Shown here: positions 9,940 to 20,800 of the stretch, piece by piece
Layout of the letters: every line of letters begins with the position of its first letter
Numbering within the stretch: position 1 is the stretch's first letter
IMG/VR virus record: IMGVR_UViG_3300032223_003290
DNA length: 64,000 nt
Reading direction: 5' to 3' (one strand)
Source of the DNA: an uncultured virus (IMG/VR IMGVR_UViG_3300032223_003290)
Lineage: Duplodnaviria > Heunggongvirae > Uroviricota > Caudoviricetes
The notes under the pieces: model-generated
What the model saw: only the letters and a program-made list of their open reading frames with translations
Database searches by the model: none
What the model was told of the DNA's origin: nothing
Program-made: the position numbers and the translations under genes

Positions 9940-10631
9940 TACAGATACCTCTTTTTAGTGGCATTGTAATTCTGTAAAACTTCTTGGGCTGATAACGCTC
10001 TATTGTATACTGCAATATTTGAAAATTGATTTTGTTTTGAATCACCAGTAGAAGGGGACGCACCAGTATTTTCCCATCTACTATTGAAAACAAAAGGTTT
10101 AGTTATAGAAACATCTGCAATAGAACCATTTGCTACTTGAACACCATTTATGTAAATAAATGAGTCAGAACCAGAGGGATTTTTAACAAAAGCATAATGA
10201 TTAAAATTTGCTGAAATAAGAGCTGCATTGGCATAAGCAATCCCTATTCCATCTCCTCCTCTGGAAAATCTTATTGTTGTTGCTGATTCTAACCTTGCAA
10301 CATATCCTGTTCCACTATTCCATACCTCATTCCCAAATAAACCTGACCAATAAGATGTTGTTTGTCTTTTAAACCACATTAATACAGTAAAAGATGTGCC
10401 ACTTGCTAATGTGTAATCGGATAAAATATAATTATTATCTGCTGTGGCTGTAAATGTTTGTGGGTTTATGGAAGTATATGAAATTCCAGCACTTATTGTG
10501 CCACCAATTGCACTTGATAGAGCAAGATTAAATACTGTATTTCCACTTCCACTATAACTTCTGGTATTAGCTGCATCCAAATACATAACTAACCCATTTG
10601 TCACTACCCTTGGATGATGTTTGAGACCCAT
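9939..10631 (-). CDS. LamG/concanavalin A-like lectin domain virion protein (array copy 2)
   Basis: GLVMYLDAANTRSYSGSG; FTVLMWFK; NHYAFV...IYING; VYNRALSAQEVLQNYNATKKRY. Confidence 0.85.
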   Translation of the reverse strand: MGLKHHPRVVTNGLVMYLDAANTRSYSGSGNTVFNLALSSAIGGTISAGISYTSINPQTFTATADNNYILSDYTLASGTSFTVLMWFKRQTTSYWSGLFGNEVWNSGTGYVARLESATTIRFSRGGDGIGIAYANAALISANFNHYAFVKNPSGSDSFIYINGVQVANGSIADVSITKPFVFNSRWENTGASPSTGDSKQNQFSNIAVYNRALSAQEVLQNYNATKKRYL

Positions 10632-11317
10632 TACAATCCGTACCTCTTCTTTGTGGCATTGTAATTTTGTTGTACTTCAGCTAATGACAAAGCTCTATTG
10701 TAAATTTTAACTGTACTTAAATGACCGCCCCAATATTCAGCATTGTCCCATCTACGCATTAATCTGATTCCACCAGTGTTTGATGTTGGTGTTGATACTT
10801 TTGCTGTAGTAATCTGATTCACTCCATTTATATACAATCGTAAGTTAGCACCGTCATAAGTACCTACTATGTGATACCAGTTTCCAGCAGTCAAAGCATA
10901 TAGGGCTGATTCTTGCCAACCACCATTAAAAAAAGCAATTCTTAAGTCTGAACTTGTAGTGGTTGCTCCAAGATTATAATTAATTTGACTTGTTGAGCCA
11001 GGGTACAACTCTGTCACAATACAAGGTGAAGTTCCTGTGTTGGCACCAGTGTAATAATGCCAAACCTCAACACTAAATCTTGTCATTACAGAAAGACTTG
11101 TTGAAGATGATGCATAATGAGCACTAGCAGCAGTAAAACCAATACTTCCACCAGCAGAATTGGCAAGAAATGGTGGACTGTTTTGAAGAGCAAAATTTTT
11201 ACTGCCTTTTAAATCATACCAAGTATTTCCAGTGCCAGGATATGATCTTGGATTAGCAGCATCCAAATAAACCATCAATCCATTTCTAACTACACTTGGA
11301 TTATATTTGGTTCCCAT
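10631..11317 (-). CDS. LamG/concanavalin A-like lectin domain virion protein (array copy 1)
   Basis: GLMVYLDAANPRSYPGTG; FSVEVW; WYHIVGTYDG..LRLYING; IYNRALSLAEVQQNYNATKKRYGL. Confidence 0.85.
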   Translation of the reverse strand: MGTKYNPSVVRNGLMVYLDAANPRSYPGTGNTWYDLKGSKNFALQNSPPFLANSAGGSIGFTAASAHYASSSTSLSVMTRFSVEVWHYYTGANTGTSPCIVTELYPGSTSQINYNLGATTTSSDLRIAFFNGGWQESALYALTAGNWYHIVGTYDGANLRLYINGVNQITTAKVSTPTSNTGGIRLMRRWDNAEYWGGHLSTVKIYNRALSLAEVQQNYNATKKRYGL

Positions 11318-14300
11318 TATCTGCCAATTTCCTGAATTCGCATATAGCCAGAAGTAGAAGATCCATAAACTCTTATAGCATCATCAGCAGATCCCCATCT
11401 TGCTTGAACAGTTATAGCAATTCCAGAAGTTGAAGAATTTGTATATCTTCCAGAAATTGGGAATATTACTCCTGATCTTGTACCACCACCAACTTGACCT
11501 ACCATTATTTGATTTCTTTCGGAAATAACTGAACCTGCTACTGTAATTCTGGAGAAGAAGTCATCAGTAGTCGTTCCATTGCTGTAATCATAATTTGCAT
11601 CAAATTCAATCCATAAATGAGATGTAGAAGACTTTGGTGTGTAGGTTATCACTGCTATATTAGTATAAGTTGTGCTGTTAATTGTTGTAGTTGCACTCAT
11701 TCCAAGATCAGAATTATTGTATACTCTTGTATTGATTACTTCTCCAACATCCCAAGCAGAACGAGTTACAACACCAGTTCTGTCAATACTCCAAAGTTCA
11801 GATCCACCAGATTCATTTAAATCTTTAACAATTCTATATCTTGTTGACCCAGTACCAGTTGCGAATACGTCAGTACCAAAGTTAGTATTATTCTTGTAAT
11901 AATACAAAATACCAGGTGTATCATTTGCATTATTATCGAGAAGAATATCGCCTTGAGCTTGACCTGATTTTGTAAAATTGTTTCCGCCAGAGTAGAAACA
12001 GTTTGCATTTGATATGCTTCCACCAACAAATAATGTTTGACCAATACCAGCTCCACCAGATACAGTCAAAGCTCCAGATGAGGTTGAGGTAGAAGCAGTG
12101 GTATTTGTGATAGATGTTGTTCCGCCAATAAATGCGTTTCCAGTGATACCCAAACCACCTTTGACTTGTAATGCGCCAGAAGTTGTGGATGTAGAGTTTG
12201 TGCCATAGTATATTGTTGCAGCAGTTCCGCCAACTACAACAGCATCAGAAGTGCCATTATTATAGAAAAATCTGATTGGGTTAGCAGTAAGAGAACCAAT
12301 TGCAAGATCACCAGAATTAGATGCTAAATAAACTGCATTTGCTGTATTGAATGCAGATGTTGTAGCAGCCCAACCAGATGAATTCATACCGAAATCACCA
12401 TAGTAAGTGGTATCTGTTGTACTATCATTACTGACAACAAAGTCAGATGAAGCATTATTGCCAGCGTTATGATTGTGAACTATAACTTGATTGTACGAAT
12501 TAACATTTCCAGCAAAGAAAGAAACATTTCCAGAAGCATTATAGTCAAGAGTTCCACCAACTCCCAACTGTCCTCCAATGTATACTGAGCCCCCAATTCC
12601 TACTCCACCAGATACTACTAATGCACCAGATGTTGTGGATCCATAACCTGGCAAAGTTGAATTACTGATAAGAACTGTTCCACCAAAGTTTGCATTACCT
12701 GTCATTCCCAATCCACCAGCAATAACAACAGCACCAGTAGAAGTTGAAGATGAATTTATAGTTCCATTACCAAATTGTGTATATCCGCCAAATTCATTAA
12801 TATTTACTGTTTGGCCAGCAGAAGCACTAATAATTGGTAAACCAGATATATCACTTACAGCAAATATTTCGCCAGACGACAAATTACTGTCAATAGAGAA
12901 TACTGATCCTTGTGAACCTTCAAAGTTAATAGAATTATCAGTAAGAACAGTAAGTGTTATTGGTGAACTGGATGTGTTGCCAATGAATGACATGCTAGGA
13001 TTTGAAGTTATGCCTGTATATCCTAATGAAGCCTGTGCAAATGTTAGTTGACCAGAAATTCCAACTCCACCACCAACTAAAAGTGCTCCAGTCCAAGTAT
13101 TTGTAGAAGCAGTAGAAGCAAATATTTTAGCAGTTCCACCAACATTGATTGTTCCAGCAAATCCAGCGCCACCAGAAACAACTAATGAACCTGTTGACGT
13201 ACTTGTAGATGTTGTTGTACTTGTGGCATTAATTGATTCTCCTACGAAAATAGCACCAGTAATTCCAACACCACCCTTAATTTGAACAGCACCAGAAGTA
13301 GTTGAAGTGGAGTTAGTACCAATATTTTGAATTACTGCACCAGTGTTATCAATTTTGAATTTTGAAACAGCATTCACTTCAAGATTCATCAAATCTCCAG
13401 CAAATCCAGTAGGGGCATTTACTGCAATATAAGTTCCATTAACACTGCCATTGAAAGAACCTATTGTTGATTCTAATTTCAAGACAGCATCAGTAGAAGA
13501 AGGTGTATTACCTCCTGGAAAACCTGAAATTCTTAAACCAAGTAATGCTGTATCAAAAAATAAGCTAGACGTTGCTCCTAATCCTGATCCAACTTTGTAT
13601 TGAACCATGCCATCAGTTCCACCTGAAACTGCAACTCCACCACTAGCAGTTAAAGGAACCCAACTCAAAACACCCGCAGCAGTTGATTGCAATACCGAAC
13701 TTCCTGTAGCTGGTGAAGTGGCTGGTAATGTATAAACTGTATTTCCTGTTGCCGAAGATACAAAAGCAGTGTAATTAGCACCGTTGAATAATTGTAATCT
13801 TCCTCCTACACTTACAGACTGACCAATTCCAACCCCTCCTGTAGCAATAAAAGATCCTGTTGTTGTAGAAGTTGATGCTGTAGAAGAGGTAATTGAAATT
13901 CCTGAAGTTGAAAGAGTAAATGTAGATGGATTGTATGATAAAGTGGTATTTGTTGAAGTAGCAAGTCCAGAACCAGTAGCTGACGGACTAAAATGTATGA
14001 AATGAGCAGAGTTAGAAGTTGCATCAGCCACATTGATATTTTGTGCTGTTGTTGCTGTACCAGTAAGTGAACCAGTAATTATTCCATTATTGATTGTAAT
14101 TCCAGATATGGCAGTAGCAGAAGCAACATATAAACTACCACCAATACCAACTCCACCCGCAACAGTAAGCGATCCTGTAGATGCAGATGTAGATGCAGCA
14201 GTAGGAACAATATTTATATTATTTGTGGTTACTTGAATTTTGTTGCTATTACTTATATTGAAATAAACTCCACCTGTGCCATTAAAATTAACGGCAGCTC

Positions 14301-15507
14301 CATCTGTAATCATCGTGTAATTAGTTGCACTTGGTGTTATCCCAGTAGAATAAATTGCACCATAGTTGCCACCAACCAATTTTTGCAACAATAATCCTGA
14401 AGTGCCAGAGTTTACACTAATTGTTGTTCCTACAAATAATGTGCCACCAATGCCAACGCCACCTGTTACAATTAATGCTCCTGAAGATGTTGAAGTAGAA
14501 GAAGTACCTGCTGTTACTGCTAATCCAGAAGTTGATAAAATATTTGTTGAAGGATTGAATGAAATAGCAGTATTAGAAGATAAAGCAACACCTGAACCTG
14601 AAGACGATGGACTGAAAATTATTGGATGCGATGTGTTAGTAATTGCACTAACAAGGTTTACATTTGCAGCGGTTGTAGCAAAACCAGCAGTAGTTGCAGT
14701 ACCAGAAATATCTCCAATGATAGTTGAAGTGAATGTTTTTTGACCAGAAACAGTTTGAGATGCTGTTGTAATTAATCCTGTTGAACCTGATCCAGCTATT
14801 GGAATATTGAAAGTATGAGTTGAACCTGAAGAACTAATGTTGAATCCACTTCCAGAAGTTCCTACAGAGAAATATTGAATTCCAGAAGTAAGTGTATTAA
14901 GAGTTGTAAAACCAGATGCAGCCCCAGTAGCAGTCATAGGTACCCAACTCATTACACCAGCGGAAGTGGATTGTAAAACTGAAGTGCCTGTCGCTGGGGA
15001 TGATGAAGGTAATGTGTAAACTGTATTGCCTGAAGCAGATGAAACAAATGATGAATAACTACTGCCATTCCAAAAGTTCAATCTTCCAGCTACGTTTATT
15101 GAATCACCGAAAGCAGCACCACCAGTAATTGTGAGTGCTCCACTTGTTGTATTGGTAGAAGCAGTTGAAGAAGAAACTACTAAATCAGATGAAAATGTCT
15201 TGGATCCAGCTATAGTTTGTGATGCTGTTGTAATCAAACCAGTAGAAGCAGAACCAGCAAATGGAATATTGAATGTGTGAGAACTACCTACAGACGAAAT
15301 ATTAAATCCACTACCTGAAACACCAACAAAGAAATCTTGGGCAGAATTTGTAAGACTATTTAATGATGTGATTGCACTTCCAGAGGTTATAGTAATTAGA
15401 CTTAATGATACATATCGCCATTTTGAACCATCGTATTTGAATGTTCTACTATTAAACGTATATGTATCGTTTACTTGTGGATTTAAGGGAAAATTTAAGT
15501 CTGCCAT
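11317..15507 (-). CDS. Modular tail fibre protein (1396 aa)
   Basis: LNFP..P..N..YT.N..F.YDG..W N-terminus; about a dozen ST.TTGAL.V.GG.GI repeats; HTFNIP.AG modules; distinct C-terminal beta-rich domain. Confidence 0.85.
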   Translation of the reverse strand: MADLNFPLNPQVNDTYTFNSRTFKYDGSKWRYVSLSLITITSGSAITSLNSLTNSAQDFFVGVSGSGFNISSVGSSHTFNIPFAGSASTGLITTASQTIAGSKTFSSDLVVSSSTASTNTTSGALTITGGAAFGDSINVAGRLNFWNGSSYSSFVSSASGNTVYTLPSSSPATGTSVLQSTSAGVMSWVPMTATGAASGFTTLNTLTSGIQYFSVGTSGSGFNISSSGSTHTFNIPIAGSGSTGLITTASQTVSGQKTFTSTIIGDISGTATTAGFATTAANVNLVSAITNTSHPIIFSPSSSGSGVALSSNTAISFNPSTNILSTSGLAVTAGTSSTSTSSGALIVTGGVGIGGTLFVGTTISVNSGTSGLLLQKLVGGNYGAIYSTGITPSATNYTMITDGAAVNFNGTGGVYFNISNSNKIQVTTNNINIVPTAASTSASTGSLTVAGGVGIGGSLYVASATAISGITINNGIITGSLTGTATTAQNINVADATSNSAHFIHFSPSATGSGLATSTNTTLSYNPSTFTLSTSGISITSSTASTSTTTGSFIATGGVGIGQSVSVGGRLQLFNGANYTAFVSSATGNTVYTLPATSPATGSSVLQSTAAGVLSWVPLTASGGVAVSGGTDGMVQYKVGSGLGATSSLFFDTALLGLRISGFPGGNTPSSTDAVLKLESTIGSFNGSVNGTYIAVNAPTGFAGDLMNLEVNAVSKFKIDNTGAVIQNIGTNSTSTTSGAVQIKGGVGITGAIFVGESINATSTTTSTSTSTGSLVVSGGAGFAGTINVGGTAKIFASTASTNTWTGALLVGGGVGISGQLTFAQASLGYTGITSNPSMSFIGNTSSSPITLTVLTDNSINFEGSQGSVFSIDSNLSSGEIFAVSDISGLPIISASAGQTVNINEFGGYTQFGNGTINSSSTSTGAVVIAGGLGMTGNANFGGTVLISNSTLPGYGSTTSGALVVSGGVGIGGSVYIGGQLGVGGTLDYNASGNVSFFAGNVNSYNQVIVHNHNAGNNASSDFVVSNDSTTDTTYYGDFGMNSSGWAATTSAFNTANAVYLASNSGDLAIGSLTANPIRFFYNNGTSDAVVVGGTAATIYYGTNSTSTTSGALQVKGGLGITGNAFIGGTTSITNTTASTSTSSGALTVSGGAGIGQTLFVGGSISNANCFYSGGNNFTKSGQAQGDILLDNNANDTPGILYYYKNNTNFGTDVFATGTGSTRYRIVKDLNESGGSELWSIDRTGVVTRSAWDVGEVINTRVYNNSDLGMSATTTINSTTYTNIAVITYTPKSSTSHLWIEFDANYDYSNGTTTDDFFSRITVAGSVISERNQIMVGQVGGGTRSGVIFPISGRYTNSSTSGIAITVQARWGSADDAIRVYGSSTSGYMRIQEIGR

Positions 15508-15520
15508 TTTTTCTCTCTAT

Positions 15521-17797
15521 TTATAATACTTTTGTCACTGTAAATATGACACTTGGTGTTGCTGGTCTTGTTGGTCCTGTTCCTGCTGCGGTGGCTTCTA
15601 AAATAAATTTATCATTATCTGAATTCATCATCAATTCAAAATATTGTCCAGCAGAAAAAGTAGATACAAAATTCAAGGAAAAAATATGCTGATTGTCCTG
15701 ACCCAGAATAGTTTGTTTACTATTTGACCAAGGAACATCAGTGCCATTAATTCTGAACCAAAAATCTCCTACTTTTGGTTGTGCTCCTGATGATAAATTC
15801 ATTTGACAAGATAATTGAATATTATAAACACCACCATATAACATTCTAATTCTTGATGATGTTCCAGCTCCACCATATATTTCTATATTTGCTGCTTCAT
15901 ATGTGCTATTTAGTGTGACTGGTGTGATAGTATTAGCGCCCAAAACAGGTTGAGTAACTGTGCTGTAAAAGCACCCATAATTAGTGGAAATTGGTGAGTT
16001 AATTGATAAATCTGTCCAACCTAATCCAGAAGCAGAAGTGGCGGAATAACCTAGTACTTGATGGGATGCTCCAATTCCAACTTTGATGAAAGTACCACCA
16101 GCGCCAACGATCAAATCACCTTTAGTGTAAGTTGTATATCCAGTACCACCATATCTTCCAGTTATAGCATTTCCAGCCCAAGATCCAGATAAGACTGTTC
16201 CACCAAGATAAATGTCTTTACTAACACCAATTCCACCATCTACAATTAAGGCACCAGTTGAAGTTGAAGTTGAATTTATTGTAGACGTGATATGAAGAGT
16301 GCTATTGAAATGCGAAGATCCACCAACTCCAACACCTCCAGATACAATTAATGCACCAGTGGAAGAAGATGTAGAATTAGTTGTTGCTGTAATTGCCAAT
16401 CCTGAAACACTTAATATATCAGTAGAAGGATTATAAACTAACGTATAGTTTGAAGATACAGCAACTCCAGAAGCAGAACCAGAAGTTGGAGTAAATAATA
16501 ATTGATGACTTGCACTTGTGGAAGCCAAAACAACATTGATATTTTGTGCAGTTATAGCAGTTCCAGAAGTTAATCCATACCCAGATTGATAACTATAAGA
16601 AGAAGTTGTTGCAAATCCAGAAGTTATTGCGTATCCTGATTGATGTGAATATGTTGCAGTGGTAGCAGTTCCAGTTAGATTTGCTGTAATGGTTCCAGCA
16701 GAAAAATTACCTGAACCATCTCTCAAAACAATAGACGAAACTGTGTTTGAAGCAGTTGCAGATGAATAAATTGTATAGGCTGTGCTATCATCTGCGTTTG
16801 ATGCTGTTGCTGTAATTCCAGATCCTGATATACTTACAGCAGAAGCATATTGACCTGTTGTATCAGTACCTAAAGCAACAGAATTAGCAACTATTGTAGC
16901 AGTAAGAGTTGTATCTCCTGAACCTGACCAAATAACACTTCCAGATAAATCTCCAGATAAATTTAATGTTCTAGGTGTTGCCCAAGCTACAGAAGACCCT
17001 GACGTAATTGCATATCCTGAAGTAATTGCATATCCTGATTGATGTGAATATGTTGCAGTTGTTGCTAAACCAGCTGTAATTCCATAACCTGACTGATGAC
17101 TATAAGTGGCTGTTGAAGCAGTCGCAGAAGAACCTGATGTTATAGCGTATCCAGCTTGATGGCTATATGTAGAGGTGGTAGCCAATCCTGCTGTAATTCC
17201 ATATCCTGATTGATAACTATAAGAAGCCGTAGTAGCAAACCCTGATGTTGTTGCAGTTCCTGTAAGATCACCTAAAATTGCAGAAGTAAAAGTTTTTTGT
17301 CCAGCAATTGTTTGAGACTGTGTAGTAATCAAACCTGTTGAACCAGAACCAGCAATTGGAATATTGAATGTATGCGTAGATCCTGATGAACTAATATTGA
17401 ATCCACTTCCAGAAGTTCCAGTAGAGAAATATTGTATTCCTGAAGTTAATGTATTTAATGTTGTAAATCCTGAAGCAGCTCCAGAAGTTGCCATAGGAAC
17501 CCAACTCATTAAACCTGCAGAAGTTGATTGCAGAACAGAACTTCCTGTAGCTGGTGAAGATGCTGGTAAAGTATATAATGTATTTCCAGAAGCAGATGAT
17601 ACAAAAGCAGTGTAATTAGCACCGTTGAATAATTGTAATCGGCCACCAATACTGATAGAATTTCCTACACCAACACCGCCTCTGGATACAATAGCGCCAT
17701 TAGAAGGTGTTGTTGATTGAATTACACCAAAAGTTTCAATGTAGTCAACACTCATACCTATGCCAACAGGAAGTCTAAAGTTTCTAATTATTGCCAT
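15521..17797 (-). CDS. Tail fibre protein (758 aa) with C-terminal C1q/TNF-like (BclA-CTD-like) domain
   Basis: Shared fibre modules and 18-aa repeats; C-terminus YGCFYST.TQ...GVYNIQLS.Q...WFRINGTDVP.SNS...GQYFEL resembles jelly-roll trimer tips. Confidence 0.75.
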   Translation of the reverse strand: MAIIRNFRLPVGIGMSVDYIETFGVIQSTTPSNGAIVSRGGVGVGNSISIGGRLQLFNGANYTAFVSSASGNTLYTLPASSPATGSSVLQSTSAGLMSWVPMATSGAASGFTTLNTLTSGIQYFSTGTSGSGFNISSSGSTHTFNIPIAGSGSTGLITTQSQTIAGQKTFTSAILGDLTGTATTSGFATTASYSYQSGYGITAGLATTSTYSHQAGYAITSGSSATASTATYSHQSGYGITAGLATTATYSHQSGYAITSGYAITSGSSVAWATPRTLNLSGDLSGSVIWSGSGDTTLTATIVANSVALGTDTTGQYASAVSISGSGITATASNADDSTAYTIYSSATASNTVSSIVLRDGSGNFSAGTITANLTGTATTATYSHQSGYAITSGFATTSSYSYQSGYGLTSGTAITAQNINVVLASTSASHQLLFTPTSGSASGVAVSSNYTLVYNPSTDILSVSGLAITATTNSTSSSTGALIVSGGVGVGGSSHFNSTLHITSTINSTSTSTGALIVDGGIGVSKDIYLGGTVLSGSWAGNAITGRYGGTGYTTYTKGDLIVGAGGTFIKVGIGASHQVLGYSATSASGLGWTDLSINSPISTNYGCFYSTVTQPVLGANTITPVTLNSTYEAANIEIYGGAGTSSRIRMLYGGVYNIQLSCQMNLSSGAQPKVGDFWFRINGTDVPWSNSKQTILGQDNQHIFSLNFVSTFSAGQYFELMMNSDNDKFILEATAAGTGPTRPATPSVIFTVTKVL

Positions 17798-17800
17798 TTT

Positions 17801-20800
17801 TTACACTCTCACCGCTGTTCCATATATTTTAAAAGTTGTATTGGTATAACTTGGTGAAACTAATAGTCTCATATTTCCACTATCCAAATCTGCGTCATAA
17901 GTTGTTAAAACAAGATTATTTCCAGACAATAATTGAGCATATTGGGTTAAATATGTATCAACAGAATCGTGAAGAAGTAAAATTTCTTGAACTTGATAAT
18001 CTGTACCGTGAGTTACTTGCACCATAAATTTAACAGATCTATAAATAGAAGCATCCAAAGTGTAAATAACTTGTCCAGCTCCAGTACCAGTTAATGTTAT
18101 GCTTGTTCCAACAACATCATAAGTTCCATTGATTACAAGTGATGATGTATGTAATGCGCCTAGAACGCCCACTCCACCATCTACAATTAATGCACCTGTA
18201 GAAGTTGAAGTTGATGCAGTGTTATTTGTTATATGTACTGGTTGTGTTAAATCAACCCCACTACCAAGAGCGATTTCTACCCATTGAGATGTGTCAATGT
18301 CTTGATAATAGACTAATAAACTGCCATCATAAGAATTGAACCAAAGATCAGCATTTTTTGGACTTGATGGTGCTGTAGCTGAAACTGTTAAGGCTGAAAC
18401 AGAGGTCCAGCCAACTCCAGATGGTCTAGATGAATCAGCGCCTAAAACGTAACCATTTATACCTACTGGAAGTTGAATAAATGTAGAACCAGCGCCTACT
18501 AAAATATCTCCAAGAGTATATCCAGTATAACCAGTTCCTCCATATTTTGCAGTTATTGCTGTAGCTGACCAACTTCCAGAAGTAATGACACCATTATTTA
18601 AGACTACTCCAGAAATACTGTCAGCAGAAGTAGTTGCAGTATAAAGGCTTCCTCCAATTCCAACACCACCAGATACTGTCAAGGCACCTGAAGTAGTAGA
18701 TGTTGAAGGCGCAGTGTAAAGTATTGAAATTCCAGTGCCAACATTTGTAAAGCTAGCTGAACCTGTTATTCCTATACCATTAGCATTATAATATGGAATG
18801 TTATATGAATTGCCATAATAAACATTGCCAGTAAAAGCTCCAGCTACTTCTACCCATTGAGAAGTATCACCATCATTATAATAAACACTTAAACTTCCAT
18901 CTGTAGTGTCATACCAAAAATCACCAGATAGTGGATTGGATGGAGCTGTTGAAGTAGTGGCGGTGGCTGAACTTGCTGTTCTCCAAGTTAATCCTGAACC
19001 TGAAGCAGAATTCGCTCCAAGAACATAATTATTTGTACCAACACCAAACTTGATAAATGTATTGCCAGCACCGACAAGAACATCACCCTTTGTATATGAG
19101 TTATATCCTGTGCCACCGTAATATGCAGTGATTGTACTTCCAGCCCAAGCTCCAGTAGTAATTACACCATTGTTTAAGACTACACCAGAAATGCTATCCG
19201 CTGTTGAAGTTCCTGTAAATAAACTGCCACCAATACCTACTCCTCCAGTTACTGTCAATGCGCCAGTAGAAGTAGAAGTAGAAACTGTATTTGAAGAAAT
19301 TACAATATCATTAGTGAAAGTTTTAATTCCAGCAAATGATTGAGCAAGAGTTGAAACTAAACCAGTTGATCCAGTTCCAGCTATAGGTATATTGAAAGTG
19401 TGAGTAGATCCAGAAGATGCAATATTGAATCCACTTCCAGATGTTCCAGTAGAGAAGTATTGAATTGAGGCAGTAAGAGAATTTATTGTTGTTACACCAG
19501 TAGATGCAGCAACAGACCATTTTACTCCACCAGGAGCAGTACTATCAGCTGTAAGAACATATGCATTAGTCCCAACAGGCAATTTGTATAAAGTAGATCC
19601 TGCTCCAACCAGCAAATCACCAATTGCGTATGAGTTGTAACCAGTTCCACCATAATATGCTGTGATTGCAGTTGCTGACCAAACACCAGTGGTAATTGTT
19701 CCTAAAGCTGTAAGGTAAGAATTTGTAACTCCGGTACCAAGTGAAGTTGCAGAAAGAACACTATTTCCACCAATACTGTAAGATTGACCAGAAATGATGT
19801 TTACAGAAGTTGCACCAAAAGCTCCAGTTGCTGCATTGAATGAGAAGAAACCATTTACAGATGCACCAATACCACTTGCTGAAGATGATGTGCTTGAAAG
19901 TACAGGGAAAAAAGTTCCAGAAGCAGCATTTGCAACATTTATATTTGAAGATGTTGTTGCAAAACCTGAAGTAATACCATAACCTGATTGATAGGAATAT
20001 GAAGCGGTTGTAGCAAACCCTGATGTTATTCCATAACCTGATTGATAGGAATATGAAGCCGTAGTTGCAAATCCAGCAGTAATTCCATAGCCAGATTGAT
20101 ATGAATAAGAAGCCGTTGTCGCAAAGCCAGCAGTAATACCATATCCTGATTGATAGGCATAATTAGCTGTAGTGGCAAAACCTGAAGTTATACCATAACC
20201 AGATTGGTAAGAGTATGAAGCTGTCGTGGCAAAGCCAGCAGTAATTCCATAACCTGACTGATAAGCGTAAGAAGCGGTTGTAGCAAAACCTGCTGTAATT
20301 CCATAGCCAGATTGATAAGAATATGTGGCTGTTGTAGCAAGTCCAGCAGTAATACCGTAACCTGCTTGATATGAATAAGAAGCAGTGGTTGCAAATCCAG
20401 ATGTTGCTCCATATCCTGATTGATAAGAATAAGAAGCTGTTGAAGCAAATCCTACTGACAATGTTGAAGGTGCAACATATGTTGGAGTAGCGCCTGAACC
20501 TGCAGAAGTTAAGACATATCCGGCATTTGAATTTGCTGCTAATCTTCCCCAAGTACTTGAAGTATTTGCGTAAAGAATATCACCAACTGCAAACGATGGA
20601 ACTAAGCCAGTTCCACCATACAAAGCAGTAATAGCTGTAGCAGACCAAGTACCTGATGTAATTATTCCCGCAGTTTGAATTGAAGAGAAAATTACTCCTG
20701 TTCCTAAAGTATTGCTTGAAAGAACAGTAGTACCATTGATCTTATATGTGTTTCCTGAAGCTAAATTCCAGCTTTCAGAAGAAGACCAACCTACTCCAGA

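Noticed and set aside
7228..11317. Diversity-generating retroelement or shufflon acting on the LamG array
   Set aside because: No reverse transcriptase, invertase, inverted crossover sites or adenine-specific template/variable repeat pair seen; every copy has its own start and stop. An element elsewhere in the genome cannot be excluded.
19967..20452. Ice-nucleation protein repeat (SGYGITAG resembles AGYGSTxTA)
   Set aside because: Period is 18 rather than 16 aa, the TxT ladder is absent and blocks are short; context is a phage fibre.
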